Source of the DNA: Vicugna vicugna
Lineage: Eukaryota
Assembly (NCBI GenBank): GCA_013265495.1
Contig: MU058584.1
Span: 2,670,508 to 2,734,507, forward strand
Direction: 5' to 3'
DNA: 64,000 bases
Positions 36,779-49,384 of this stretch are shown here, piece after piece. The notes beneath the pieces are model-generated. The model did not search any database. It saw nothing but the letters and a program-made list of their open reading frames with translations, and had not been told where the DNA came from. The translations under genes and the position numbers were made by a program. Every line of letters begins with the position of its first letter. The first letter of the stretch is position 1.

Positions 36779-37254
36779 GACAAAAACCTAAGAATCATTA
36801 TTTAGGTCACCCTACACACCCCAGACGTTGCCAGTAACTCCAGTTTGCACAGCACCGTACTTGAGTCACTCAACAGCCAGCCAGTGCTGAATGCCAACTT
36901 CTGGTCTATGGCACTGTCCTAGGGCCTAAAGGGGACACACAGATGTAGAACACAGGGTGGTGGTTTTAAGGACGGGACCATCAGAATGGAGAAACTGATC
37001 AAAAGTATATGAAACATTGATGGAAAGTAGCAGCAGGTCCCTGTCCCTAGCTTAGAGGTGAAGAGGAGGGTTCCTGGCCTCAGCTTGCCTCCTTCCACGT
37101 ATGTGATGTACCAGCTGACTGAATCTGGGCATATCACTCATCTAGACAGTGAGGCAAGTGAACTGGACAATGTCTTATCAATTTATGACTCTTAGTGTGG
37201 CCAAGAGTGCTGTTCTCACTATCTTATTATTATTATTAAAAATTATGGCAATGC

Positions 37255-37455
37255 ATAATCCTGAATGCTTACTTGTGGCAAGGGCATTTAACCATGTTGG
37301 TCCTCATGTCAGCTCCATGAGGTCGATTTTGTCATCATCTCCATTTTATACACAAGAAACTGGTGAGAGAGGTGAAATAAATTTCCCAGTATCACACAGC
37401 TCCTAAGTGGTGGAGCTGGGATTTGAACCAGGCCTCTGAACCACTGTGCTGTACA
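37255..37455 (-). mobile_element. MIR SINE
   Basis: 'ctccattttatacacaagaaactgg..agagaggtgaaataa.ttcccag.atcacacagct..taagtggtggagctgggatttgaaccaggc'. Confidence 0.82.
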
Positions 37456-39229
37456 GGTGTTCACTGTAGACTCAGATGGGCAGGGATGTCTCGCAAAGGC
37501 AGTCACACTTACTTTTGGCTTTGAAAGACAGCCCATATAAACCAATTATAAAAAGCAGGATTCAGCATCATGTTTCCAAAGGATTCTAGGGGTCTTCTTT
37601 CTTTTTCTTTTTTTAACAAGTGAATCAAAATGAGCACAGCTCCCGGGAACATCTCTTTCAGAGCAGTTCTGGATTCACAGTTGCCTATTCTGGAAACATT
37701 GTTTTCATTTTAAAAGCTCTGAGAACCACAGAGAGGTCTCTGAGTTAAAAGCTAGAAGCAAGGCTCAAGAAAGTGAATCAGCAGTAGAATTAGTCACCAA
37801 AAGGCAGAGAGGGAAGGAAAAGATGGGTTAGACAGGAGAGGTGGTCCTAAGGCCTATTCAGAGCGGAGCAGAGCCTCTCACCTGGAAGGCCCCCTGTGCA
37901 GCAGGAGCGCCCAGACTGCGACGTCAGTCCGCACCTACCAGGTAACAGGCCCGATCGATCTGTACTTCAAAACATCTGATGATGAAAATTATTCCCCTTC
38001 ATTTCCTCTAGATATATAACCATTGATTCGTTCATTCTCTCAAAATGTGTTCAAAGTGTTGGGTCTCAGGGATGAACGAGATCCAGGGAACTTGGACAGA
38101 TGAGTACGACCCAAAGATCTCCAGGACCCTCCACCCCAACCTGGTGTCTTGGGATTCACGCCCTTCTCACACTCATTGTCAAGAGCAAAAACACTTATTG
38201 ATTCAAAGCTATATGTGTGACACTGGACCAGCTGTCCTCAGGGAAACAAAGGACTTAAGAAGAGTTCATTTAACCAATCAGAGTTCCAGTTAGCCAATTT
38301 CTATTGAGTTTTATTTTCCATGGGTCATACAGACAGTGCACAGTTAATTCATGTTGGATTAATGTATAGGCATTTAAAAGAAACTTACACTCAGTATTTG
38401 GTCCTCAAAACCACCCTCTGAACTAGGAGGCATGACTACCCCAGTTTCAGCACGGGCAAAGCACATGACCACCCTTACCCGAGTTGTATCACCTGTAGAA
38501 TAAGAGATGTGGGGTGAAGATCACCAAGACCTTTTCCGGCTCTAAACGGCTACAATGCTCAACATTACAACTAAGACTCAGAGAAGGGAGGTGACCTGGA
38601 GAATGGCACACACCCAATAATGATTGTTAATGATGCTGAGCGTGGGCTATGCATGAGACACTAAGTACCACACAAGGGTTTTCCTGCTGGTCTTCACTAA
38701 CCCTGCAAATGAGACGGCCGGGCATTAATGGGAGCTCCCTATTCTATACTGAGGGGACTGCGACACAGAGTACTTACACACCTTGTGCAAGGTAACACAG
38801 CTGGTGAGCAGAGGCCACGTGGAAACACAATCAAGTCTGAGCCTGGCCACTGAGTTCCTGCCCATCGCATTGTCTGGTCCACCCAGCAAGGCAAGTGGCC
38901 CTGATGACACAGAACACAAACCCAGGTCTTCTAGTTACAAACCCAGGCTCTTTCAGCTGAACCTTCGCAACTCCCTCAATATTCCTGGTGGCTATGACTT
39001 CAACGGTAGCACTAATTCTACAATGCTTGAGGGTAAATTACAAGCCAAGAGCCAGTACAACTAGTCATAACGTGATGAGAAATCTCAAAAGGGATAATGT
39101 CTAGGGTTGGTCCTCGCTAGTCAGGGTTGACCAGGGTGCAGGGAAACAGGCACCCTTAGCTGCTGGTGGTGGTAATATACAGATCATTTAGTAATCTTTC
39201 TTCTAGGAATTTAGCTTCAGTGAATTTCT

Positions 39230-39395
39230 TATCCATTTTTGACCCTTCAGCAGTTAAAGCTTTGAGCATCTAATAAAAGATATGGCCCTTCTCCCCATAA
39301 AAATCAAATGCACCAATAATGTTTGCATGCAATTATAGAGTACGCCTGGATGTCAATATGAAACCTGTCTACGAGTTTCAGCTTTGAATCCCTAA
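39230..39395 (-). mobile_element. MER103-like hAT-Charlie fragment
   Basis: 'ctttgagcatctaataaaagatatggcccttctcccca.aaaa..aaatgcac...ttgcatgcaatt' matches MER103 in reverse. Confidence 0.5.
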
Positions 39396-39399
39396 AGAA

Positions 39400-39750
39400 A
39401 AAAAATCAATGATGTCTAACACCTGGATAAATGGTACATAAATTCAACTTAATATTATGCAGCCATTTAAACAATGTTGCAAATGTGAAAGAACCTTTAA
39501 TAACATGAGACAGTGCTCAGGATAAACTGTTAAATGCAAAAGCAAATTATAAAATAATATGTATAATATGATCACTACAATAATAGGCAGAGAGGAAGAA
39601 GAAATGGGAGATGGGAGGCTAGAATACAAAGATTAATAGTGATTTCTAGATAATGATGGATGATTTTAGTTTCTTCTTTGTGATTTCCTATGGGTTCCTA
39701 ATTCTTTATGATAAATATGTAGTCTTTTATAGATATAATGACTTTTTTTA
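39400..39750 (+). mobile_element. Old L1ME-like 3' fragment
   Basis: 'ataaatggtacat...aatattatgcagccatttaaa', 'aaaagcaaattataaaataatatgtataatatgatc', 'ttaatagtgatttct'. Confidence 0.7.
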
Positions 39751-40373
39751 AAGAGAAGTAATCTAATGACATTATCTAAATAAGCCTGAAGTTTCATTTT
39801 TTTCCCAGATCCTAGCTATAAGCCCCTAGCCCACTAAGGACAAAAGCATTAATGTCAGGACAGAAATCAAAGTGCATAATCGTAGACAATAGTAAATTCC
39901 ACCTACTAGTTTATAAAAATGGAGATATTCTTCTCCTCGAGAGAGAGGGTTAACACTGGATATTAAACCCATAAATGGGAAGGTGAGAGGTCTTGGCTCT
40001 TTAAGGCGAGGACTCTCCTAGTGCCAGTCCTCAGCCACAAGCCCAGGAGAAAAGTACCTCCCCAGGGGCAGATGGGAGGAGAGCTGGGATCAACGTAAAA
40101 TTCATGTCACTGGTAGGAGCAAATCAAACAGATGGCCTGGAATCTGCACACCAGGTCTGGGCACCATCCTGAACAACAGGAGAGAATATTCCCATTTTTT
40201 TCTTCTCTACATCTAAATATTTCTCTCACCAGAAAAGGCTGGTTGGAAACAGTTGAAACCTTGAGAGAATTGACTAAAAATCCAGTTTAGCAATCCTCTC
40301 GAAATATATACTGATAAATCTAACTTGCTTGTGAGTTCTTTTGAATTGCTTAAACACATACACACACGACATA

Positions 40374-40418
40374 TATTTGAAAAGTATGGTATTTGAAAAG
40401 TATGGTGAAAAGTATGGT
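40374..40418. repeat. 16-bp tandem repeat (two full copies plus a truncated third)
   Basis: tatttgaaaagtatgg x2 + tgaaaagtatggt. Confidence 0.9.
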
Positions 40419-41881
40419 CTCTCTTTATTTATAATTCACTCCAAAATGTCTTTCCAATCTATAGAGATCTGTTGAAGCAATCAGATGCTCCACATTGCTA
40501 TCTACAATGCAGTATTTCCCTTCTGAAACAGATCTGAGCACATCATAGTACCCCTGAAAACCCCACACCAGAGTCCCAGGTCCAGGTTTAGCTGGCTAAC
40601 CCCCCCAATCCCAGCCTCATACACCACTCTGACCAAACCCTGTGCCCTGGGGCCCACCAGGGCTTCCCTGTTCTTGGGAACACTCTGTCCTCTGTTGCTT
40701 ACACTCACCCCCTGATGAATGCTATTTCCCAGCCTCTTTTACCCCCCTCTATCAAATTCTGTGCATCCTGAGACACTTCTCTCTTCAGAAGAAATGGTGA
40801 AATGCACATTGAACCTTTGTAGGATGTTCCTCAGCTAGAGCAAAACCCTGTGCAAAAGGAGTCTGACAACAAATAGGAGTCAAGCAATTGAGGAAAGGTG
40901 GTAAGGGCATCACGGATAGAGAAGAGCACATGCACAGCACAGAGACGCACACCAGAGCACGAAGAGTGAGGCAGGGATGGCAGGAGAGGAGACTGAGGAG
41001 GTCCCGCAGGGTATGCTAGAGTTTACCATCTCAAAGGGGAGGTACCAGCCTACCCTGCAAAATGCAAATATCATGTCTGGTCGAGCGCCATAATACATGT
41101 GTGTGGCTCAGCAGAGAGGAGCCTGGTCTTAGATAGCCAGTCCCGGACATCACCTAGACCGTGAAGCCTTCTTCACTGCCTCCATTTGGAAATAACCGCT
41201 TCTTCCCCACGCGCCCTATTGCAATCTCTTTACATCTCAGATGCAGGATAAACAGCAGACACCTGTGATCCACTACAAAGCTACTAAATCAGATCTCGTA
41301 CAGTGGGGTCCGGGCCTCCGACATTTTTCCCTCTCGCACATTGTCTTTCTTGTATGAATGAGTAGACACTCCAAAGGAAAGGGATTCCTGAACTGGCTGG
41401 TGTTACAAGCAATATATCTTTGCGTCTGTGCTTCGTTGCATTGTGTTTCTAAAGAATATGCATTTCCTTTCCATTTTTGCGTGCGTAGCAAGAAAGGCGG
41501 TGGCATTTGACTTAGCTTGATTTAGCAGGAAAGTAAATTCACATTTAGCAAGTATGTTAGCCAAAGGCTTTTTGCATTTATAACAAGCTCCTTGAGGGAT
41601 TCAGTTGTACATAGAGGTTCACAAACCCCTAACAAGTGCCCTGATCCAGCCTTACCAGGTTAATTCTCTGTGCATCTATCTCCCTCATCAGACTGTGAAG
41701 AGGAGGGTATCTCAGATGACTCTAAAGCCCCAGGATCCATCCAGCACAGTATTTGGGACTTCAGGTCCTGAATGAAGGAACGTGTAAACTCCCCATCTAC
41801 TCCTACTCAATCAGTCCCTTCCTACTTCTGCACTTTTGTTTGCCTGTGTATTAGAAATCACTCTCTTTCAGACGTCAGAAA

Positions 41882-42020
41882 AAGGTTCCCTATTCCAGCT
41901 GCACCCTAGAATCACCAGGAGAGTTTTAAAAATTCAGATGCTAATCACATCCCTGGAGACCCTGGTGCAGTTGGTCTGGACAGGACCTGGCATCAGTATT
42001 TTCTAAAGCTTCCCAAGGAT
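41882..42020. mobile_element. MER5-like MITE fragment
   Basis: 'gctgcaccctagaatcaccaggagagttttaaaaattcagatgc...ttggtctgg...ggcatcagtattttctaaagcttccca'. Confidence 0.72.
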
Positions 42021-45000
42021 GGAGTGTGTGTCCTTTATTTCAGCAGGCAAACCCAGGGCTGAAAGCAGCTCTGGCCGTCTCGATGTGGAGCATCTGATTG
42101 CTTCAACAAATCTCTATAGAAAGACATTTTGGAGTGAATTATGAATTAAAGGTGCTAAAATGGTCTAAAAGTCTCTGGATGTCCCCAGTTTGCAGTTAAG
42201 GAGCAGAACACTCAACCCTGCAAAGCAAGATGGTGGACAATGGTCTTAAATCTGTTCTGGATGGACACAGTGAGGGTCAGAGTGAGCTAGTGGCCGGACA
42301 CCGGTAGAAATAGAAGGAGGTTCCCAGAAGACTCCAGGCCCCAGCTTCAGGCTCTTACTGTGACTTCCAAGGCTGGGTCCCAAATGGTCCTTTCTGAGAT
42401 CCTACATAATCAGTCTCCTGGGCAGCCCAGGAAGCCAGGGAGGAGGCTCGGCCTGCTCTGCCACCTCCAAGCTTCAGAGTCAGCAGAAATGGGGATAGTA
42501 AAAACCCAGCCCACCACACTGAGCTGTGGGAGGCTTCAATGTGACAATACCTATGTGTCCATCCCATTAAAAGCCAATTCCTGTTTCTTAAGCCGGGAAA
42601 GCAAAGATATATGACATAAGGACAACTCAAGGTGGTCCTTGAAGATGTATCCTTACAGAACCTGAAAGAGTCAAACTTGAGATAAGCGCTGACACTGAGA
42701 ATGTCCCAGGGAAGCACCTCCTTCCATGAGGGTTTTAAAGCCCTAGGCTGACCAACTGTCCCTTTCTGGAGTGCGCATGCGCCTGAGTGCATGCATGCTC
42801 TTCCCAGCGGGCCTGGTTTGTGCGCAGCCCGTTGGGGACACGAGAGCTGATTTACAGCCAGCGAGGACCTCCATCACTTGAAGACTGAAATCACTCTGGA
42901 GGCTCAAGTGCAACTTTCAGCTGAAAGGCGGGTGGCCCAGGGGCTGAGGCTGCTGTCAGCGGGGTCAAAGGGAGGAATTCTGCACAGTCAGCCAAAGGGC
43001 TCTAAATAGAAAGCAGGACATCCATGGTGCTGCAGCCGGACCCCGACACATACAGTCGGGAGGCCCAGCTGCAGAACATGCCGATTAACAGGGGGCCCAG
43101 TGGGCTGGGAATGACATTCCAAGTGCCATTCTGGACTTTGGCGGCTGACCTCTGGCCTGGGCGAGGCGGCTGGGCCGTGTGAAATGCTGCCACGCCAGCC
43201 AAGATCACCTCTCTTCACCGGGTGCCAAAGGAGAGCGAGGCAGCACATTGTGTTATGAATCCCCATGAGGTCGAACTGCCCCTGAAGCCAGAGGCTCCAA
43301 GGCCCACAGAAGGGGCTGTAGCTTTTAGAAACAACAAAAATAACCAACAGTAATGGGTCTAGCAAATTCACCATGCATAATATTGGGCGGCCACTAACAA
43401 TGCAGTAAAGAGAGACCATGGAATCAAAGAAGGTGCTTGCTTCAGAAGGCTGATATAGTAAAGTGATGCCAGCACTGTGATTTCAGTTACATGAAGTGTG
43501 TCTGCACATGGGAAGGGGACACTGAGCATCTTATGCTGAGCTCCTTACAAGAATAATTTTACTTAATCCTTACAACTCCAAGAGATTTTTATTTTTTGCA
43601 TTTTGTTGATGAAAAAAAAAAAAAAGAGACTCAAAGAGGCTGAATAACTTGTTCAAGGATAGTATGTTCCAGATCCATGATTTTTAAAAAGCCGGTATCC
43701 TCCTGGAATGTCAGCCCCAGACACCTGATCCTTCCTCTTCCCTTCAATATCTGCTCTCTGACAAGAACGTGGTAATAGACATTTACATACATATCCATAT
43801 GAATTTAAGCCAGTACTTCGCTCTGTGCATTGAAGAGTGAAACGGAAAAGGTGAGTTCCCTTGTCAATGGATCCAGTCTTCAAAGAGCAGCTAGAGGAGG
43901 CATTTGCCAAACAGGGAGTCCAGTACCTGCTCCATCCTTGCAGTCTTAACTGCCTGGCTCTCTGGGGACCAGGCAGGGAGGGCACCAGGGTCCTCTGACA
44001 TCCTGCCTAGCGACTGGCCATGGGGCCAGGCTCTCCATCATGGAAAGCTCTTAATGCCACAGGATGGAAGGTTTTCTCTGCCTGAAAGATATCATTATTG
44101 AATAAAAGGGGAGGGAAAACAGAAAAAGGGCATCAAAGCCTAAACAAATAACATCAGCATGAAATCTTTAATGAATGGCTCATCCAACGCGATCTCCTAA
44201 AATCCAGGAGGTTTAGTAAAAGATGCCTTAAACCCAGTTTATACTGCAAAGCAGCCATGAAGAAAAGTCAACACCGAGTTAATCCCCATTTAATAATTCA
44301 GTTTCAGGATGTTAAAACATATTTCTCTTGGAGCTCCTGCATGTATGACTGATAACAGGGCAACCAAGAAACACCACATTAAAAAACAAAGAAAGAAAGC
44401 AGAGTGGTTTTTTTGGGAATAATACTATCAGTAGCTTCCAAAAGGTAGCAGTTAACCCTTCCTGACTCTTGACTTCATCTTCCAAATCCTTTCTTCTCCC
44501 TCTCAGATCTTCCTCCCAGGCTTAATTTAAGCCCTGCTTAGGGGCCTGGTCTTGACCAAGCATGACTGTTGGATCAATGGTTCAGACGTTGAGGACAGGC
44601 TGCCCAAAAACCTTCTGTGGAACCAAGGCCATTGGGTCAGCACACTCTTCCCTCAGAGTCCATGGCAAGAGTCAGTCACATGGTAATTCTGATTCACCAG
44701 AAGCCTTGCTGAGCCTGACACCAGTAGGTGGGAACAGGCCAGTCTCTCATCAGTCCAACCTTCCGAACCCATACGCTTCTCAGCTGACATCCCGAGCTCT
44801 CCCCAGATATTCTGAGTTCTCACCGAATCATTTTGAGCTCGGAGCTGATCAGAGCCTCCTGTCAACTAAAGTGTACTCACAACCTTAGGCCTGACACAGG
44901 ACTGTCTACTTCTGGAAAGTAGACCTTCTGGAAAGGAGTTTCTCATCGCTAATGTTCACTTGGATCGGAGCGCGTCCAGGGGGAGTTCCCCAGATATGCA

Positions 45001-46831
45001 AGAAAGTGCCCAAACCCACCTTCTTCCCATCAGAACCTTGACCCGACCCCGGTTAAGTTCTCTTCTCCTCTCTCCCAAACCTCCTCTCATTTCTAAGTAC
45101 AGAGAAGACTCAGGGTAAAAGCACTTCTCACAGGCTCTTGTCAGAAGAGCCGCACTTTACACTTTACTCACACATCAAACAGGAAGACCCACTTTCCAGT
45201 CCGCAACTGACCACAAAGCAGCCTGAGATTTCCCCCTCCCCATGGCAGTTCCCTGGATGCCTCCGCCTGCCGTTGCTTGCAGCGGCACAGAAGAGAAATT
45301 AAAAGCAAATTTGCATCACCTTTGCACAGCGCTAGAGCCTTCGGTTTTAATTTGCATTTTATTTGCACAGCACTTGCATATAATATTGTCGAAATGCCCA
45401 GAACTCTCCCTTCCCCCTCCCAACCCCACCTGCTTCTCTGCATCCGCAAATCCCAGGATGCCTGGGGACCCAGGCAAATGACAGAGGGACTTAGCATCCT
45501 GGGGAACTAAACCAGAGAAGCTCTAGGGTGGCATCGAAGGGCAGGGGAATCTGAGTGTCAGGAGTAGGACGGCAGGAGGTTCTGACCCTTGAATAAATTA
45601 CAGCCCAGATACCTGCCTCCCTTACATAACAAATAATGGTAAAATTCTCCTCACTACCCACTGTGCAAATATGCATGATGCTGACTCAAAACTGCCAGCT
45701 CTCAGGATCGGCTTAACACAATGCCAAACCTGGTGAGAAGCAGTGGGACATTTACCTTGTGCCATCTGTGGAAACCCCCCAATGGTCCATTTAATATCCC
45801 TTCCCCTTTAACAAGTGAACTTTCTATGGCTCCGGTTCTATGGGGTGTGACATCCACCTGCCTGCCATCCCACCTGGCACATGTATGGTTGGATACTGCA
45901 ATTCCAGATGACTTGCACACACACACACCCCCTAAAACCAGCCTGAGTCCAAGACTCTCCCCCACAAACATAAACTCTTCTGCCAATGCCATACTGTAAC
46001 ACATTACGATTTCTGTAAGACCCGAAGTTTACTTAAAACATGCACACACAGAGGACAAGAAGGAGCTAGGAAACACACTGCATGACATCATGGGCTCAAT
46101 CTCTGTTTCCTCACACTCTCTCAAAGCAGTGCCCTCCTCCCTGTTTACACAGACAAGCAGCTTCCAACCTGATGGAATTCAGCGTCAAAAGAAAAAAAAA
46201 GTGAGAACGTTTTGCTAAATATGCTCCCCTGGTGTCAAAAATGACAGCCAGGTTCCAAGATGTACTTTGAGAAGAAAACAAAATCGGGAGCAAGAGCCAT
46301 GGGACAGTGAGGACAGAGAAAAGGATCAAAAGAGAAATAACAGATTAAATCAGTTCTTTCTCTTTCTCCTTTGTTTTCAACCGTTGCCAAGTGACTTATC
46401 CTTGGAAAGCCACTTACTTTTTCAGGGTGAAGTATTTCTTTGTGAGATGACTTATTTCACTTGGTTCCACTCACATTTATGACTCTCAGGGAAGGGGAGA
46501 AAATACCGAATCGTAGGCCGCTGGGGTACAAAGGGATCTTCAAAACATCATTTGTCTTCTCATTTTATAGAAGAGGAAACTGCAAGGCCCACAGTTAAGT
46601 GACTTTCCCAAGGCCACACGGACAGGCACTGAAACAGCAGAGACGAGAGGAAACCTTCAACTTCCACCTTTGCGTTCCCTCACCCTGTGCTACTGGAAGA
46701 TGAAAATGTTCCGAGATGGCCGTGATGCTGGTCAAACCCGTCTTCCTCACTCCCTGACTTACCCTTGGCAATGATGTTGCATGTCCCGGCCTCCAGCGTC
46801 CACTGCTGTCTAACAAAAATACCTGTGCCCA

Positions 46832-46976
46832 GGGAAGGGTGTAGCTCAGTGGTAGAGTGTGTGCTTAGCATGCACAAGCTCCTGGGTTCAATCCCCAGTG
46901 CCTCTACTAAAAAATTAAATTAAATTAAAAACTAATTTAAAAATACATGAAGAAACTTAATTACCTCCCCCCTAAA
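46832..46976 (+). mobile_element. tRNA-derived SINE (Vic-1-like), long-tail type
   Basis: A and B boxes intact; 17-bp TSD aaaaatacctgtgccca (46815-46831) / aaaaatacctatgccca (46977-46993). Confidence 0.95.
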
Positions 46977-47367
46977 AAAAATACCTATGCCCAATTGCTT
47001 TTTACTTTACCTGGGTGTCATGAAGACGGATGAGGTAGTAGCTTTTACTGAGTTTGTGGCAAAGGTATTTTTACAGAATAGCTGCCCACTGAGTTGCCCA
47101 GTGATCCTGGGATAATCCATCCCTATGATTCCTCCTCCTTGGAGAAAAGTGCAGGGGGTAGTTTCTCTCTCCAGATGCCCGGGGAGGCTGCCAGTTGCTA
47201 GCAATTGAGAACAGTTGCTTTTCCGCCAGCTTCCAGGAAATTCAGAACTAACACGTGTTCACCTGAGTGACTCCTCTGAGCCTGTGTTTTATGGAACACC
47301 TCTTGCTCCACACCACCCTTGTGCTCCTTCTTTCATTCTTACTGCAATCATTTTATTGTATCTTTAT

Positions 47368-47714
47368 TGTCTTAAGTCAGTTCAGACTCTATAACAAATG
47401 CCAGAGCCCAAGTGGCTTCAACAACAAGCATTTGTTTCCTACAGTTCTGGAGGCTGGGAGGTCCAAGATCACAGTGCTGGCCGACTTGACTTCTGGTGGG
47501 AATCTGCAGATGGCGCCTTCTTGCTGTGTCCTCACATGGCAGAGAGAGCGAGCTCAGACCTCCTCCTTTTCTTATCAGGGCGCTAATCTCACCATGAGGT
47601 CCCCACCCTCACGACCTTATCCTCCCAAAGTTCCCATCTCCAAATACCATCATATCAGGGATTAAGGTTCAACATGTGACTACCTCTTCCCCCAAATTCA
47701 TTCAGTCCACAGCA
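47368..47714 (-). mobile_element. MaLR solo LTR (MLT1A-like)
   Basis: TG...CA ends; 'tataacaaatgcca...gtggctt.aacaaca', 'cagttctggaggctgggaggtccaagatca', 'ttgctgtgtcctcacatggcagagagag', 'ccatctccaaataccatca', 'cattcagtccacagca'. Confidence 0.9.
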
Positions 47715-48744
47715 TTTGATATTACTTTAAATTGCCTCAAGTCATCTTTGGAAGAGTATCATGTAAATAATAATAATGAAACTTGCAAGCTTTGAGGAGA
47801 AAGATAATGTATAATTTTCATACATCTTGAGCCAAAAACCAGGAATGCAGAGCTGGCGAGGACATTCCTTTTGTGCTAAGATTATGATACCAAGTGGACA
47901 AAGAACTCCTAAACATCCCCAAATGTGAAGGTAAATCAGGGGTAGGCTCCCTGTGCCCCCATCTTCCCATAGCCCTGTGGCGTTTCTCCACACACGTGAT
48001 CATCTCCTTCATGGCTCACAAGTGGCATCCAACTTGTTCCACGTGTGCTGGGGCCTGGGGATGCTTTGTGGTTGGCCGACCTTGTACCCACTCTGCAGCT
48101 TTGGGCTGTTCACGGAGCCTCGTCAACATTTACAAAAGCACAAGACAGATGAGAAGGGGGAAGTGCATTCCTCAGCCGGAGGAGTGGCCAAGTAACCACA
48201 CACTGCTGGCCCTCCTGGGACCATGCTGGTCACGGACTTGGCTTCGGCAGCCCAATGACTTGTTCCTGCAGACAGCGCCTACACCCACGCCGTCTCCCCT
48301 CCGATCGCCAGCCCTGCAGGTCTCGAGGAGGGAAAGTATGATGGGGAGTAGACGGGCACTAGACAGGAATGTATGGAGCCAAGGCAGGACTGAGAAGGAA
48401 GCCACTTCCTCCGTATCCAGTGCCCTGCTGGATTCTGAGACCCCTCTGCCTAACAATTATCTCTCTAAATAGCCCTGGTCTAAGCCATGGGGCTCAGGGT
48501 GGATTTCAAGGCAGTAGCTTCAGAGCATAAAACTTTCCATGTCCTTTACACAGGATGTCCGGTTTGGTATTTGGATGGGATTATCCCAAACCAGATGTTA
48601 TTTTCTTAAAATGTAGAGTTTACCACACCCTCCATCCAAGATGTACAGACTCTGCACTTGGAGGGAGGAAGGGGTCACAGGTAGACTCTGCCAAATACTG
48701 GTTTGAAGCTCAGGTCTGAAGGGCGGTCAGGACTGAAGTGGCAA

Positions 48745-48905
48745 AGCCAGGCTCCACCCTTCCCTGACTAGGTCACTCTGGGAAAGTTACTTAGCCTCTC
48801 CATACCTCAGTTTCCTCATCTATAAAATGGGAACAATAATGGAACCCACCTCATGGGATTGAGAGGACCAGCTGGGTTCAGAGTAGGCGCCATGTAAATT
48901 TTAGC
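48745..48905 (+). mobile_element. MIR SINE
   Basis: 'ctgggaaagttacttagcctctccatacctcagtttcctcatctataaaatgggaacaataat..aacccacctcatgggattg'. Confidence 0.85.
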
Positions 48906-49186
48906 CTCTCCCTTTCAAAAGAAGTCCTCCAAAATTATAGCCCAGTCTCAGAAAGGCAAGAACTCCGCAGTCTTAGAGTTGGTTCAGCCCTCTCTCAGTT
49001 ATTTATTCAAAAATGTTACGTTTCCTGTTTTAGGACCCTCTTACCAACATATGCCTCCTCTAACCTTGGTCATCCAGGGCATGCAGGACTGGTTTGGATG
49101 TTCAGTGAAAGATGGAAGTTATTTGTTATCAAGCCTCTGCCTTATTTCTACTCCCTAAACTGAGATCATTAAGAATGAACTGCAGG

Positions 49187-49354
49187 CTGAAACACTATGC
49201 TGTACACCAGAGACGGACATAACATTGTAAACTGACTATACTTCAATAAAAAGAATGTAAAAGAACGAAAGAAAGAACGAAAGACCGAAAGGAAGGAAGG
49301 AAGGAAGGAAGGAAGGAAGGAAGGAAGGAAGGAAGGAAGGAAGGAAGAAAAAAA
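49187..49354 (+). mobile_element. Very short L1 3' end whose A-tail carries a (GGAA)n repeat
   Basis: 'ctgaaacactatgctgtacaccagag...aacattgtaaactgactatacttcaataaaaa' followed by a GAAA/GGAA tail. Confidence 0.85.
49291..49346. repeat. (GGAA)14 microsatellite
   Basis: 56-nt perfect GGAA run. Confidence 0.96.
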
Positions 49355-49384
49355 GAACTGTATGTAGTTAACACTCTTTTATAA

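Noticed and set aside
40374..40418. CRISPR-like or functional repeat array
   Set aside because: Contiguous 16-bp slippage repeat without spacers in a mammalian intron.
47894..48472. 192-aa plus-strand ORF (longest in the window)
   Set aside because: No domain or family resemblance; length is within chance expectation for 64 kb in six frames.
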